Positions 53,468 to 62,946 of a stretch of DNA of 64,000 bases are shown here, piece by piece. The notes under the pieces are model-generated. The model saw only the letters and a list, made by a program, of their open reading frames with translations, was not told the origin of the DNA and made no database searches. The position numbers and the translations under genes were made by a program. Source of the stretch: an uncultured delta proteobacterium (GTDB lineage Bacteria > Myxococcota > Myxococcia > SLRQ01); NCBI GenBank assembly GCA_963727485.1, contig CAVSGM010000001.1, positions 384,001 to 448,000 on the forward strand, written 5' to 3'. Position 1 is the stretch's first letter. Every line of letters begins with the position of its first letter.

Positions 53468-54079
53468 TCACCCGCGGTGGAGGCGGTACCACCTGGGCTC
53501 GGCGCGGCTGATGACGCCGGGCACGCCCCGGAGATCCTGGGGCGCATCCTCGACGACCTCCCAGCCGCGGTACACCTCCTCGATGTCCTGGCGGCTCATC
53601 CCGTGGGGCAGGGGGCCGCGGGCCTTCGGGGTGAAGGCGAGCATCAGGAGATCGGCCTCCCGGGCGGCGACGCGATCGACCTGCAGGGCCACGGCCTGCT
53701 GGGCCCGGTGCGAGAGCCCGTGGACGGTGCCGAAGTCCATGATCAGGCGGAACCCGCGTCCGAGCCCCAGGCGGTCGAGGGCGGTGATGTCGCCGTGGAC
53801 CAGGCGCAGGTTCACCCCGGCCTTCACCGCCCGGGCCTGGGCCCGCTTGAGGGCCTTGGGCACCTGGTCGACGCCGGTCACCCGCCACCCGCGCCGCGCC
53901 AGCTCCACGGCCCAGTTGCCGGTCCCGCACCCGAGGTCGAGGACGTCGCCCAGCGGCAGGCCCTGGTCGGCCTCGACCCGGTCGAACATGCCGTGCACCT
54001 GGCCCGCGATGGGCAGCCCCGGCATCTCCTCCCAGGGGGTGAAGCCGACGGTGTAGAGCACTCGATAGACCAGGCTCAT
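53468..54079 (-). CDS. Class I SAM-dependent methyltransferase (TPMT-like)
   Basis: GFTPWE, VLDLGCGTG, VTGVD, DFGTVHGL. Confidence 0.9.
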   Translation of the reverse strand: MSLVYRVLYTVGFTPWEEMPGLPIAGQVHGMFDRVEADQGLPLGDVLDLGCGTGNWAVELARRGWRVTGVDQVPKALKRAQARAVKAGVNLRLVHGDITALDRLGLGRGFRLIMDFGTVHGLSHRAQQAVALQVDRVAAREADLLMLAFTPKARGPLPHGMSRQDIEEVYRGWEVVEDAPQDLRGVPGVISRAEPRWYRLHRG

Positions 54080-54200
54080 GGTGCCTCCTTGGCCCGGCGG
54101 CGCGGGGGTCGGCGCGGACGGCCGGCGTGCGTCGCGCGGGCCGGTGGTCCTCCCGGGCGCCGACGGTAGGGGGCGGCAACCGGGCCCGCAAGACGGGGGA

Positions 54201-54380
54201 TCACGGCTGGAGGATCTCCGGGGCCAGGAGCACCAGGGTCCCGGTGATCTCGCCGCCCTCGAGGCGGGCGTAGGCCTCCTGGGCCGCGAAGTGCGCGACC
54301 ATCTGGTCGCCTTCGCGGACCTTGGTGACCCGTCCGCCGCCGGCGTCCAGCAGGTCCTGGCCCCACGGTCCCGTCGCGGC
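54201..54380 (-). pseudogene. Probable remnant of an MDR (quinone oxidoreductase/zinc-ADH) gene
   Basis: Short frame ...DAGGGRVTKVREGDQMV-AHF-AAQEAYARLEGGEITGTLVL...stop with no start codon upstream of these motifs. Confidence 0.4.
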
Positions 54381-54443
54381 CTTCCCGGCCTGAGGCCCGG
54401 ACCCGCCGCGGGCGCCTTGAACTTCGCGCTTGCGCTGGAGCTG

Positions 54444-54485
54444 TTTAGCGCTACTATCTACCGGTAGTCAGTCAGACTATGTAGA
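54444..54485. promoter_or_regulatory. Probable PadR operator/promoter
   Basis: AT-richer segment with palindromes TAGCGCTA, CTACCGGTAG and TAGTC-N5-GACTA just upstream of padR. Confidence 0.55.
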
Positions 54486-54500
54486 CCAGGGAGGCCACGC

Positions 54501-54830
54501 GTGGGCAAGCAGATGACGGAGATGCTCAAGGGCACCTTGGAGGGCATCGTCCTCGCGATCCTCTCCACCCGGCCGGCATACGGGTACGAGATCACGGCGT
54601 GGCTTCGGGACCACGGCTTCACCGACATCGCCCAGGGGACCGTGTACGCGCTGCTCATCCGGGTCGAGCGGCGGGGCTTCGTCGACGTCGAGAAGGTCCC
54701 CTCGGAGAAGGGCCCGCCCCGCAAGGTCTACTCGCTCAACGCCGAGGGGCGGAGCTACCTCGACGAGTTCTGGACCACCTGGAGCTTCCTCGCGGAGCAG
54801 CTCCAGCAGCTTGAAGAAGGAGGCAGATGA
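54501..54830 (+). CDS. PadR family transcriptional regulator
   Basis: EMLKGTLEGIVL...YGYEI...GTVYALL.R...GPPRKVYSL. Confidence 0.95.
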   Translation: MGKQMTEMLKGTLEGIVLAILSTRPAYGYEITAWLRDHGFTDIAQGTVYALLIRVERRGFVDVEKVPSEKGPPRKVYSLNAEGRSYLDEFWTTWSFLAEQLQQLEEGGR

Positions 54831-55210
54831 CCATGTTCGGTTCCAAGCTCATCTCGAAGGTGATCGGAGAGAAGGGCCGCTGGCGCGAGTACCAGGCCCG
54901 GGCGCGGCGGCTGCCGCCGAGCCATCGCACGGCGGTCGAGGCCCTGGAGCGGTACCTGATGTACTTCGGCGGGGCGGACGGCACCGGGGCGTCGGCGATG
55001 TTCGAGGACCTGGTGGAGCTCTTCGAGCAGAGCGCGGCGAGCGCCACCCCGGTACGCGAGATCGTCGGCGATGACCCGGTGGGCTTCATCGACGGCTTCA
55101 TCCAGAACTACCCCGAGGGTCGCTGGCGCGTCCGGGAGCAGCAGCGGCTCATCGACGCCATCGAGCGCGCCGAAGGCCAGGCCACCCGCGGAGAGGAGAC
55201 CTCGCCATGA
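54827..55210 (+). CDS. DUF1048 domain protein
   Basis: RARRLP..HR...LVELFEQSAA..TPVREIVGDDPVGF. Confidence 0.85.
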   Translation: MTMFGSKLISKVIGEKGRWREYQARARRLPPSHRTAVEALERYLMYFGGADGTGASAMFEDLVELFEQSAASATPVREIVGDDPVGFIDGFIQNYPEGRWRVREQQRLIDAIERAEGQATRGEETSP

Positions 55211-56016
55211 CCACACAAGCGTCCCCGGCGATCCAGGTGCGCGGCCTTCAGAAGGCGTACCGCGAGGTGGCGGTGCTGCGCGGGGTGGACCTCTCGGTGG
55301 GGCGGGGCAGCATCCTTGCCCTGCTTGGGGCCAACGGCGCCGGCAAGACCACGGTGGTGCGGATCCTGTCGACGCTGCTGGCCGCCGACGGGGGGACGGC
55401 CACGGTCAACGGCCGGGACGTCGCCACAGAGGCCGCGGCGGTGAGGGCGTCCATCAGCCTCACCGGGCAGTTCGCCGCGGTCGACGAGATCCTCACCGGG
55501 CGGGAGAACCTGGTGCTGGTGGCGCGGCTGCGGCACCTCGCCGACCCGGGCGCGGTCGCCGAGGCGCTGCTCCAGCGCTTCTCGCTGACCGAGGCGGGCG
55601 ACCGGAAGGTGTCGGCCTACTCGGGGGGCATGCGGCGCCGGCTCGACCTCGCCATGAGCCTCGTCGGAGATCCGAAGGTCATCTTCCTCGACGAGCCCAC
55701 CACCGGCCTCGATCCCGAGGCGCGCCTCGAGGTGTGGCGGGCGGTGAAGGCGCTCGCCCACCAGGGCGCCACGGTGCTGCTCACCACCCAGTACCTGGAC
55801 GAGGCCGAGCAGCTCGCCGACCGGGTGGCCATCCTCCACCAAGGCCGGGTGGTGGTCGACGGCACCCTCGCCGAGCTCCGGGCGCTGCTGCCGCCCGCCA
55901 CCGTCGAGTACGTCGAGAAGCAGCCGACCCTCGAGGAGATCTTCCTCGCCATCGTCGGGAACGGCGCCGATCCCTCAAACGCCGACGCGGCCCGCCCCGC
56001 CTGCCCGTACGCCTAG
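55207..56016 (+). CDS. ABC transporter ATP-binding protein (DrrA-like)
   Basis: GANGAGKT, YSGGMRRRLD, FLDEPTTGLDP. Confidence 0.95.
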   Translation: MTTQASPAIQVRGLQKAYREVAVLRGVDLSVGRGSILALLGANGAGKTTVVRILSTLLAADGGTATVNGRDVATEAAAVRASISLTGQFAAVDEILTGRENLVLVARLRHLADPGAVAEALLQRFSLTEAGDRKVSAYSGGMRRRLDLAMSLVGDPKVIFLDEPTTGLDPEARLEVWRAVKALAHQGATVLLTTQYLDEAEQLADRVAILHQGRVVVDGTLAELRALLPPATVEYVEKQPTLEEIFLAIVGNGADPSNADAARPACPYA

Positions 56017-56025
56017 GGAGCCATC

Positions 56026-56787
56026 ATGAACCGGCACTTCTTCGGCGACGTCGGCGTCCTCCTGGGACGCTCCCTGCGCCACGTCACGCGCAGCCCCGAC
56101 ACCATCATCACCACGACGATCATGCCCATCGCCATGATGCTGCTGTTCGTCTACGTCTTCGGCGGCGCGATCCACGCGGGCCCGGGCCCCTACGTGAGCT
56201 ACCTGCTGCCCGGGATCCTCCTCATCACGGTGGCGACGGGGATCTCCTACACCGCCTTCCGGCTCTTCCTGGACCTCAAGAGCGGCATCTTCGAGCGGTT
56301 CCACGCCATGCCCATCGCCCGGGCCTCGGTCCTCTGGGCGCACGTGCTCACGTCCGTGCTGGCCAACCTGATCTCGCTCGGGGTCGTGGTGATCGTGGCG
56401 TTGATCATGGGCTTTCGCTCGGGCGCCGGGGTGGTGGCGTGGCTCGAGGTCGCCGGCCTCCTGATCCTCTTCACCCTGGCCCTCACCTGGATCGCCGTGA
56501 TCCCGGGCCTCACCGCCACCTCCGCCGAGGGCGCCAGCGCCTTCTCCTATCCGCTCATCTTCCTGCCGTTCATCAGCTCGGCGTTCGTGCCCACGGACAC
56601 CATGCCCGGAGCGGTGCGCGCCTTCGCGCGGCACCAGCCGGTGACCGCCATCGTGGACGCCCTCCGCGACCTGCTCACCCGGCAGCCGGGCGGCGCCGAC
56701 CTCGGGGCCGCGCTGGCGTGGTGCCTGGGCATCCTGGTGGTGGCCTACGTCCTGGCCATGGTCGTCTACCGCCGGCGGATCGCCTAG
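56026..56787 (+). CDS. ABC-2 permease (DrrB-like)
   Basis: Six TM segments; GIFERFHAMPI, SSAFVPTDTMP, QPVT. Confidence 0.92.
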   Translation: MNRHFFGDVGVLLGRSLRHVTRSPDTIITTTIMPIAMMLLFVYVFGGAIHAGPGPYVSYLLPGILLITVATGISYTAFRLFLDLKSGIFERFHAMPIARASVLWAHVLTSVLANLISLGVVVIVALIMGFRSGAGVVAWLEVAGLLILFTLALTWIAVIPGLTATSAEGASAFSYPLIFLPFISSAFVPTDTMPGAVRAFARHQPVTAIVDALRDLLTRQPGGADLGAALAWCLGILVVAYVLAMVVYRRRIA

Positions 56788-56897
56788 GACCCGAGCGGGG
56801 CCTGGCCCCCATCCGTGGGGCCCTCGCTGGACGGGCCCGCCGCCCGGTGACTATCCTTCCCTTCGAGGCGACGCCTCGCGAACGCAGGAGAGCTCAC

Positions 56898-57161
56898 ATG
56901 GCCGTCGGTTGGGCCCGTGACGGGGCCGTCCAAGAGCAGATCGATGCCACCGTGGACGACGCGGTGGGCCGCGCGCGCCGGCGCGTGGGGGGCGAGAGCC
57001 TCACCCACTGCGAGGACTGCGACGAGCCCATCCCCGAGGCCCGGCGCCAAGCGCTGCCCGGGGTGCGGCGCTGCGTCGACTGCCAGGCCGAGGCCGACCA
57101 GCAGGAGATCTGGGACGCGGGCTACAACCGACGCGGCAGCAAGGACAGCCAGCTGAAGTAG
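56898..57161 (+). CDS. ybiI: DksA/TraR C4 zinc-finger protein, YbiI-like
   Basis: MAVGWARDGAVQEQIDATV...CEDC.EPIPEARR.ALPGVRRCVDCQ...YNRRGSKDSQL. Confidence 0.88.
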   Translation: MAVGWARDGAVQEQIDATVDDAVGRARRRVGGESLTHCEDCDEPIPEARRQALPGVRRCVDCQAEADQQEIWDAGYNRRGSKDSQLK

Positions 57162-57189
57162 CGGGGCGGCCGGGCCGAGGGCGGCCGCG

Positions 57190-59487
57190 CTACAGCAGCC
57201 CCCACCGCCGCCTAAGCGCCCACTCCAGGGCCGCGGCGCCGATGAGCACCGCCAAAAGCCACCACCGGTCCCAGAGGTCGACGTTCTTCTTCCGCCCGAC
57301 CTCCACGACCTTGGGGTCCACGAACGACAGGTTGGGGAAGGTGCTCGCGGGGAGCGTGTGCACCGAGCCGCCGGTGAGCTTGGCGATGGCACGCAAGAGC
57401 TTCGGCCGCGGCGCCGGGCTCACCATCTCGGGGCTCGTCGCCCGCACCAGGAACGCCCCGGACGCCTTGCCCAGCGGGATGCCATCGTCGGCGCTGTCGG
57501 CCTCGGCGTCGACCTTGAACGCGCCCTTCTTGCCGCCGAGATCGAGGCGCACCGTGGCCACCCCGTCGTCGCCGGCGGTGGACTTGAACGTCCCCACGTC
57601 GCTGCCGTCGGCCGCGAGCACCTTCACCGTCACCCGGGCGCCGGCGCCCGGGCCGTAGTTCTTGTTGCGCACGCTCACGTCGAGGACCACCGGCTCGCCG
57701 GGCTCATAGGCGTCCTTGGTCGGCCGCACCCGGACGTTGGTCAGGTCCGGATCGCGGATGAGCCAGCGCATGGCGTTGGTCCAGAAGCGGTCGTAGACGC
57801 GGCGGTCGCCGCCCTCGCCGGCGGCGGGGAAGCTCCAGAACCAGGTGGAGTCGGTCATCACCGCCATGGTCCGCCCCCGGCCCACCTCGCGGGTGGCGAT
57901 CACCGGCGCGTTGCCCCCGCCGTCGGCGGTCTTGAGGAACGGGTCCGAGAGGAGCACCTGGGCGTCGGGCTTCACCTTCGCCACCTCGTTCACCCCGTCG
58001 AGCTCGGGGAGCGAGGCGAAGATCCGGTCGGTGGCCTGGCGGCTCGAGCCCACCTGCATGATGGGGCTGCGGCGCCCGGCCTCGGTGAGCCTCGGCTGGA
58101 ACGCGTCGGTGGAGATGGTCCCCGAGGTCTGGGGCAACAGGTCCACCGGGAGGATGTCCTCGATGTAGGTGCCCTGGTAGCGGCCCTCGGAGAAGCTCTT
58201 CTCCCCGCCGATCATCACGAACGAGCCGCCGCCCTGGACGTAGTCCTTCACGTTGTCCAGGTACTGGGCCATGTTGTACGGCCCGTAGTCGAAGTTCTGG
58301 AAGATCACCAGGTCGAAGGTCTTCAGCTCCTTGGTGAACAGCTCGTCGGTGGGAAAGGGGATGAGCGAGAGGTCGTTCTGCGGCACCCGCGTCGAGTCCT
58401 GGGGCGTGCGCAGGATGAAGAAGCTGATGAGGTCGACGTTCGGGTCCTTCTTCAAGAGGCCCCGGAGGAAGCGCTCGTCCCAGCTCGGGCGCCCGACCAC
58501 CTGGAGCACCCGGATGCGGTCGCGGATCACCTTGAGCACGAACGAGCGCCGGTTGTTCGTGGTCACCGCCTCGCCGTCGAGCACCGGCGCCGACACCGTG
58601 TAGATGAACTTGCCGGTGGTGTCCGGGGTGAACTTGAAGGTCACCTCCGTGGGCTTGCCCGGCTCGAGGTGGACCGTCTGGCTGGAGACCACCCGGCCCT
58701 CGCGGCGCAGCGTCACCGGGAGGTCCTGGGCCTCGAAGCCCTCCTCGCGCACCGTCGCCTCCACCGAGATCGCGTTGCGCACGAAGGCGAAGTCGTCGGC
58801 GGCCACGTGGGTCACCGCCAGGTCCTTCACGTCCGAGGCCTCGCCGGTGACGAAGGCGTGCACCGGCGCCCCGAGCTTCTTCAGCGCCGCCCGGGCCGCC
58901 GGGGTGAGCCCCTGGCCCAGCGACGCCGTGTCCGCCCCGTCGGTCAGCAGGATCACCCCCGCGAGGCGCCTGCCCCCCGCGGGCCCCGTCCCACTCCCGG
59001 CGCCCTTGAGGGCCTGGAGCAGGTCCGTGTGCCTCCCCGTGGCCTTCGCCTGGCGCAGGTGCGCCCGGTCGCTGGCGTAGGTGTTCGCGTCGAAGGTGGA
59101 GAACTCGAAGACGAAGCGGTCCGAGAGCGTCTGGAAGTACGCGTCGTCGCCCAAAAGCGCCTGGGCCTCGGCCAGCCGCGTCTTCCCGTCGGCCCCCGGG
59201 AGCCCCATGGACTCCGAGGTGTCGAGGAGCACCGCCACCCGGTTCTTCACCCGGTGCACCTGCAGGAGCTGGATCGCCGGCTCCAGGAGCAGCGCCGCCG
59301 CCGCCAGCGCCGCCACCGTCCGCAGCGAGGTCAGAAGCCACCGCCGCCCCCGCCGCCGCTCGCGCTTGAGCCCCAGGTGCGCCGCCACCACCGCCGACGC
59401 CAGCGCCACCAGGAGCAGCGCCAGGAGCCACTTCGGCAGCGGCGAGAGGATCGCCAGGGTCCAGTCGTTGAAGCTGCCGGGGTGCAT
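57190..59487 (-). CDS. Membrane protein with VWA-like and putative glutamine-amidotransferase-like domains
   Basis: LLDTSESM and LLTDGAD (MIDAS-like); GRPSWDERFLR...DPNVDLISFFILR; ends EWALRRRWGL. Confidence 0.8.
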   Translation of the reverse strand: MHPGSFNDWTLAILSPLPKWLLALLLVALASAVVAAHLGLKRERRRGRRWLLTSLRTVAALAAAALLLEPAIQLLQVHRVKNRVAVLLDTSESMGLPGADGKTRLAEAQALLGDDAYFQTLSDRFVFEFSTFDANTYASDRAHLRQAKATGRHTDLLQALKGAGSGTGPAGGRRLAGVILLTDGADTASLGQGLTPAARAALKKLGAPVHAFVTGEASDVKDLAVTHVAADDFAFVRNAISVEATVREEGFEAQDLPVTLRREGRVVSSQTVHLEPGKPTEVTFKFTPDTTGKFIYTVSAPVLDGEAVTTNNRRSFVLKVIRDRIRVLQVVGRPSWDERFLRGLLKKDPNVDLISFFILRTPQDSTRVPQNDLSLIPFPTDELFTKELKTFDLVIFQNFDYGPYNMAQYLDNVKDYVQGGGSFVMIGGEKSFSEGRYQGTYIEDILPVDLLPQTSGTISTDAFQPRLTEAGRRSPIMQVGSSRQATDRIFASLPELDGVNEVAKVKPDAQVLLSDPFLKTADGGGNAPVIATREVGRGRTMAVMTDSTWFWSFPAAGEGGDRRVYDRFWTNAMRWLIRDPDLTNVRVRPTKDAYEPGEPVVLDVSVRNKNYGPGAGARVTVKVLAADGSDVGTFKSTAGDDGVATVRLDLGGKKGAFKVDAEADSADDGIPLGKASGAFLVRATSPEMVSPAPRPKLLRAIAKLTGGSVHTLPASTFPNLSFVDPKVVEVGRKKNVDLWDRWWLLAVLIGAAALEWALRRRWGLL

Positions 59488-60273
59488 CTAGCTCTTGCGG
59501 CGGCGGAGGATGAACGGGAGGTGGACCTGGTCGTCCTTGTAGTCGAGGCAGGTGGCGTACATCACCAGGTTCACCCCCAGGCGAAACGCGTTCTCCCGCT
59601 GCTGGGGCTCCAGGTCGAAGCGCCACATCCCCAGGTCGTCCCGGGCGTAGGCGCCGAGGAGGTCGTTCTCCGAGTAGACCACCGCGAAGCGCCCGCCCAC
59701 CTGGATCCCCTCGAGGTAGGGCTTGCGCAGCTCCCGGCCCGTGGGGTCGTCGAGGAGGTAGAACGACTTGTAGATCACGTGGTCCCGGGGGACCGTCTCG
59801 AACCGGTGGTCCGGGAGCACCGCCTGCATCAGCCCCCGCACCGACTGGTCGAAGGGCGAGCCGTCCCCGCCGGCGCTGGAGTCGACCAGCAGCATCCCTC
59901 CGTAGGTGAGGAAGCGCCGGAGGTTGGCGATGGCCTGGGCGTCCGGCAGCGGGAAGCCGTCGGCGCCGGCGAGCACCGTGAGCGGGTGGTAGAAGAGCTT
60001 GGGCGAGGCGGGCGGCAGGGTGACCGCCGTGAGCTCCGCCTCGATGCTGGTCCGGGAGACCACCTCCCAGGCGAGGCGCCGGAGCGCCGTGGGCCGGGGG
60101 TCCGAGCCGTCGCCGTGGTCGAGGAGGGCGAAGACCAGCTCGCTCGACTTCCCGAAGGCCAGCGCCCGGGAGGCCCGCAAAAGCGGCAGGCCCAGCAGCC
60201 CGCCGACGCCCAGGCGCAGGAGCGCGCGCCGGGACAGGCGCAGGCGTCCGTCGCTGCGATCACCGTCCGACAC
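59488..60273 (-). CDS. DUF4159 domain protein with a Tat-like signal
   Basis: LSRRALL; FLTYGGMLLVD, HVIYKSFY, AFRLGVNLVMYATCLDYKDDQVH. Confidence 0.85.
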   Translation of the reverse strand: MSDGDRSDGRLRLSRRALLRLGVGGLLGLPLLRASRALAFGKSSELVFALLDHGDGSDPRPTALRRLAWEVVSRTSIEAELTAVTLPPASPKLFYHPLTVLAGADGFPLPDAQAIANLRRFLTYGGMLLVDSSAGGDGSPFDQSVRGLMQAVLPDHRFETVPRDHVIYKSFYLLDDPTGRELRKPYLEGIQVGGRFAVVYSENDLLGAYARDDLGMWRFDLEPQQRENAFRLGVNLVMYATCLDYKDDQVHLPFILRRRKS

Positions 60274-61117
60274 GCAGCGCCCTCCTCCCGTCAAAGTAGC
60301 TGGTCACCGTCACCGTAAGTCCGTCTCGTCTGGCCCGGTCGAGGAGGAGCCGCAGGGCCGGCCCCTTGGGTACGTCCCGCAGCCGGCCCTGGTCGTCGAC
60401 CACCGGCACCGCCCCATCATACTCGTCGAGGAGGGCCGCCGCGGCCAGCGACAGGCCCGGAAACGGGATCGTGTCGCCAACCTCCACCACAAAGGTGCCA
60501 TTCCCCCGCTTCAGGACCCAGGCGTGGAGGGTCCGCACGTAGACCGCGTCGTCCGCCCGCCCCCCGATCCGGGCCTCGGCGGCGGCCCGGGAGAAGCCCC
60601 GGGGCGCCACCCGCACCGGGATCTCCCGCCGCAGGGGCACCGCCTGCCCGCGGGCGGGGATCCGCCGCTCCTCCATGAGCCGGCCCGGGGCGCCTCGGCG
60701 AAGCGGCCGGAGCCGCGCCACCAGGCGGACCCGCCCGGCGCCGGGGGTGGGGAAGTAGAAGGCCAGGCGGTAGCGGGCCGAGGCTCCCGGTGGCACGAAC
60801 CCGAAGGCCCGGCGCGTCCCCGGGCCCGAGGCGATGGTCAGGGATCGGTGGCCGGTGGCGGCGCCGGAGATCCGGAAGCCGAGGATCACGAAGGGCGCCG
60901 GCCCGGCGTTGACCACCTCCACCGGCACCGTGCGCACCAGCCCCTCGCCGAGGCCCGCAAACGCGCCAGGGGGCAGGCGGAACCGGGCCACCGGCGCCGG
61001 GATCGTCGCCGCCGCCCGGGCAAGGCGGTGCCGGGTGGCGCCGGGGGTGGCGCAGCCGGCCGCCCCCGCCAGGATCCCGGCTCCGAGCGCGGCGGCGAGG
61101 GCACCCCGCCGCCTCAC
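60260..61117 (-). CDS. Hypothetical lipoprotein
   Basis: GTG start overlaps the neighbouring stop; LAGAAGC lipobox. Confidence 0.55.
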   Translation of the reverse strand: MRRRGALAAALGAGILAGAAGCATPGATRHRLARAAATIPAPVARFRLPPGAFAGLGEGLVRTVPVEVVNAGPAPFVILGFRISGAATGHRSLTIASGPGTRRAFGFVPPGASARYRLAFYFPTPGAGRVRLVARLRPLRRGAPGRLMEERRIPARGQAVPLRREIPVRVAPRGFSRAAAEARIGGRADDAVYVRTLHAWVLKRGNGTFVVEVGDTIPFPGLSLAAAALLDEYDGAVPVVDDQGRLRDVPKGPALRLLLDRARRDGLTVTVTSYFDGRRALRVGR

Positions 61118-61683
61118 GAGCCGGCGTGGCCCCCGTGCCCGTAGGCCACCAGGACGCCCTGGGCGATCCGCGCCCCGTCGGCGAACTGGGTGAGCTTCAC
61201 CGGCCCCACCCCGGGGCAGAAGGTGTGGACCTGGCGGATCTGCGCCGCCGGCACCCGCTCGTCGACCACCACGCAGTCCGGGAAGGTCCCGGCGGGCACC
61301 GTCACCGTCCGGCCCACCGCGGTCACCGTGGCCGTGCCCCCGAGGGGCGCCGGCCAGTGGGCCCCCTGGGTCACCGGCCCCTTGAGGAGCCAGGCGTCCT
61401 GGGCCGGGCGGAAGATCCCGTCGGGCCGGAGCTGGTAGTCGTAGGCGTGGGGCCCCGAGCGCAGGTGCACCGTGTGCCCGTCCACCCCGACCACCCGGGT
61501 CACCGTGGTGGCGTGGCCGGCCGCGCCGGGCCGGCTCACCTGGAAGGTCCAGGTCCGACCGGCGGCCAGGGGGTAGAGGGCGCTGGGGTCCGTGGGATCG
61601 GGCCCGTGGGCGCCGAGGTGGGCGCACCCGGCCAGCGTGGCCAGGGCCACCCCGAGCGCGCCCGTCAGGAGCCGCCTTCCCAT
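61114..61683 (-). CDS. Hypothetical lipoprotein (VTVPAGTF beta-rich family)
   Basis: LAGC lipobox; YPLAAGRTWTF...VTVPAGTFPDCVVV...FCPGVGPVK. Confidence 0.75.
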   Translation of the reverse strand: MGRRLLTGALGVALATLAGCAHLGAHGPDPTDPSALYPLAAGRTWTFQVSRPGAAGHATTVTRVVGVDGHTVHLRSGPHAYDYQLRPDGIFRPAQDAWLLKGPVTQGAHWPAPLGGTATVTAVGRTVTVPAGTFPDCVVVDERVPAAQIRQVHTFCPGVGPVKLTQFADGARIAQGVLVAYGHGGHAGS

Positions 61684-61691
61684 CGCCAGCC

Positions 61692-61895
61692 CTAGAACTT
61701 CTTGAACCGCTCGTGGATGCGCAGGACCTCGCCCTTCTTCCGCTCCACCTCCACGGTCTCCTCGATGGGCACCATCTGCTTGCTCACGGCGCAGAAGACC
61801 ATCTCGCCCGAGGTCTCGGGGGCGGTGGGGGTCTCGGCGGTGGCCTCGGCGTCGGCCAGGCTCTGGGTCTCGGTCTCGTTGTCGAACTCGGACAT
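61692..61895 (-). CDS. Small hypothetical protein (acidic N-terminus)
   Basis: GAGGAG RBS; MSEFDNETE...FCAVSKQMVPIEETVEVERKKG; good codon bias. Confidence 0.65.
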   Translation of the reverse strand: MSEFDNETETQSLADAEATAETPTAPETSGEMVFCAVSKQMVPIEETVEVERKKGEVLRIHERFKKF

Positions 61896-61975
61896 ATGGG
61901 TCTCCTCGGGCCGCCAAGTAGCACGCACCGGCCCTGGCCCGCAACTGCCTCTTCTGCTACAAGCGCCGACGACCC

Positions 61976-62239
61976 ATGGCGAAGAAGCGGCAGAACCACG
62001 GCGGCACCTCGGCCCCCCTCAATCGGCTCTACGCCGCCATCGACACCGGCGACAACCGCCTGGCCCACCAGCTCGCCGACCAGATCCTCCAGGATCCCGA
62101 GTCCCCGGAGGCCGCCCGGACCGAGGCCCGGAAGATCGACCGGGGCCTGAAGATGGACTGGGTGGCCCTCGCCTTCGTCATCGGCGGCGTCACCCTGTGG
62201 ACCGTGGCCTTCGTCCTCGGTGTCCTCGCCCGGAGGTAG
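61976..62239 (+). CDS. Small hypothetical protein with a C-terminal TM helix
   Basis: ORF with good codon bias and one hydrophobic segment. Confidence 0.65.
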   Translation: MAKKRQNHGGTSAPLNRLYAAIDTGDNRLAHQLADQILQDPESPEAARTEARKIDRGLKMDWVALAFVIGGVTLWTVAFVLGVLARR

Positions 62240-62244
62240 GCCAA

Positions 62245-62946
62245 GTGCCCCAGGTGCTCCGCGCCCTGTCCTTCGACAGCCTCCTCCGGCTCCCCGGGCA
62301 GATCCCCGCGGTGGTGGGCATCCCCCTGGTGATCCTGGGCTGCGTCTACCTCTTCTTCGGCAAGCGCCTCTTCCGCCTCCTGGTGGCGGCGGTGGGTGCC
62401 GCGGTGGGCTTCGAGGCCGGGCGCCTCCTCGGCCTCCACTTCCAGGTGCGGCCCCTGTGGCTGGAGCTCCCCGGCGCCCTCATCGTCGGGGGCGTGTTCT
62501 GGCCCCTGTGGCAGATCGCCGTGTTCCTGGTCGGGGGCGGGTTCGCGGCGCTCCTCGGGGCCCAGGCGATGGAGGCGGGGACCAGCGACCCCCAGAGCTT
62601 CCTCATCGGCGCCGCCGCCGGCTTCCTCCTCGGGGGCCTCGCCTCGATTCTCCTGGTCAAGGCCATGGCCGTGATCATCACCGCCGCCGCCGGCGCGGTG
62701 ATGGTCTTCGTCGGCGGCGTCGCCCTGGGCCACGGCATCCCCCTGGTGCGCAGCCTCTCGCACCTCCCCCTGGTGGCGGCGGCGGTGATGGGCATCCTCA
62801 TGGTCGCGGGGATCGTGGCCCAGATGGGCCAGCCCGACGCCGAGGTCGCCAACAAGCGCAAGATCGAGGAGGCGGAGCAGCGGGCCAAGGAGAAGGCCGA
62901 CGCCGAGGCCCGCGAGCGCTACCAGCGCTACCGCCACGGCGGGTGA
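62245..62946 (+). CDS. TMEM198/DUF4203-like membrane protein
   Basis: GCVYLFFGKRLFR...multiple Gly-rich TM segments...AGIVAQ, followed by a charged tail. Confidence 0.75.
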   Translation: MPQVLRALSFDSLLRLPGQIPAVVGIPLVILGCVYLFFGKRLFRLLVAAVGAAVGFEAGRLLGLHFQVRPLWLELPGALIVGGVFWPLWQIAVFLVGGGFAALLGAQAMEAGTSDPQSFLIGAAAGFLLGGLASILLVKAMAVIITAAAGAVMVFVGGVALGHGIPLVRSLSHLPLVAAAVMGILMVAGIVAQMGQPDAEVANKRKIEEAEQRAKEKADAEARERYQRYRHGG

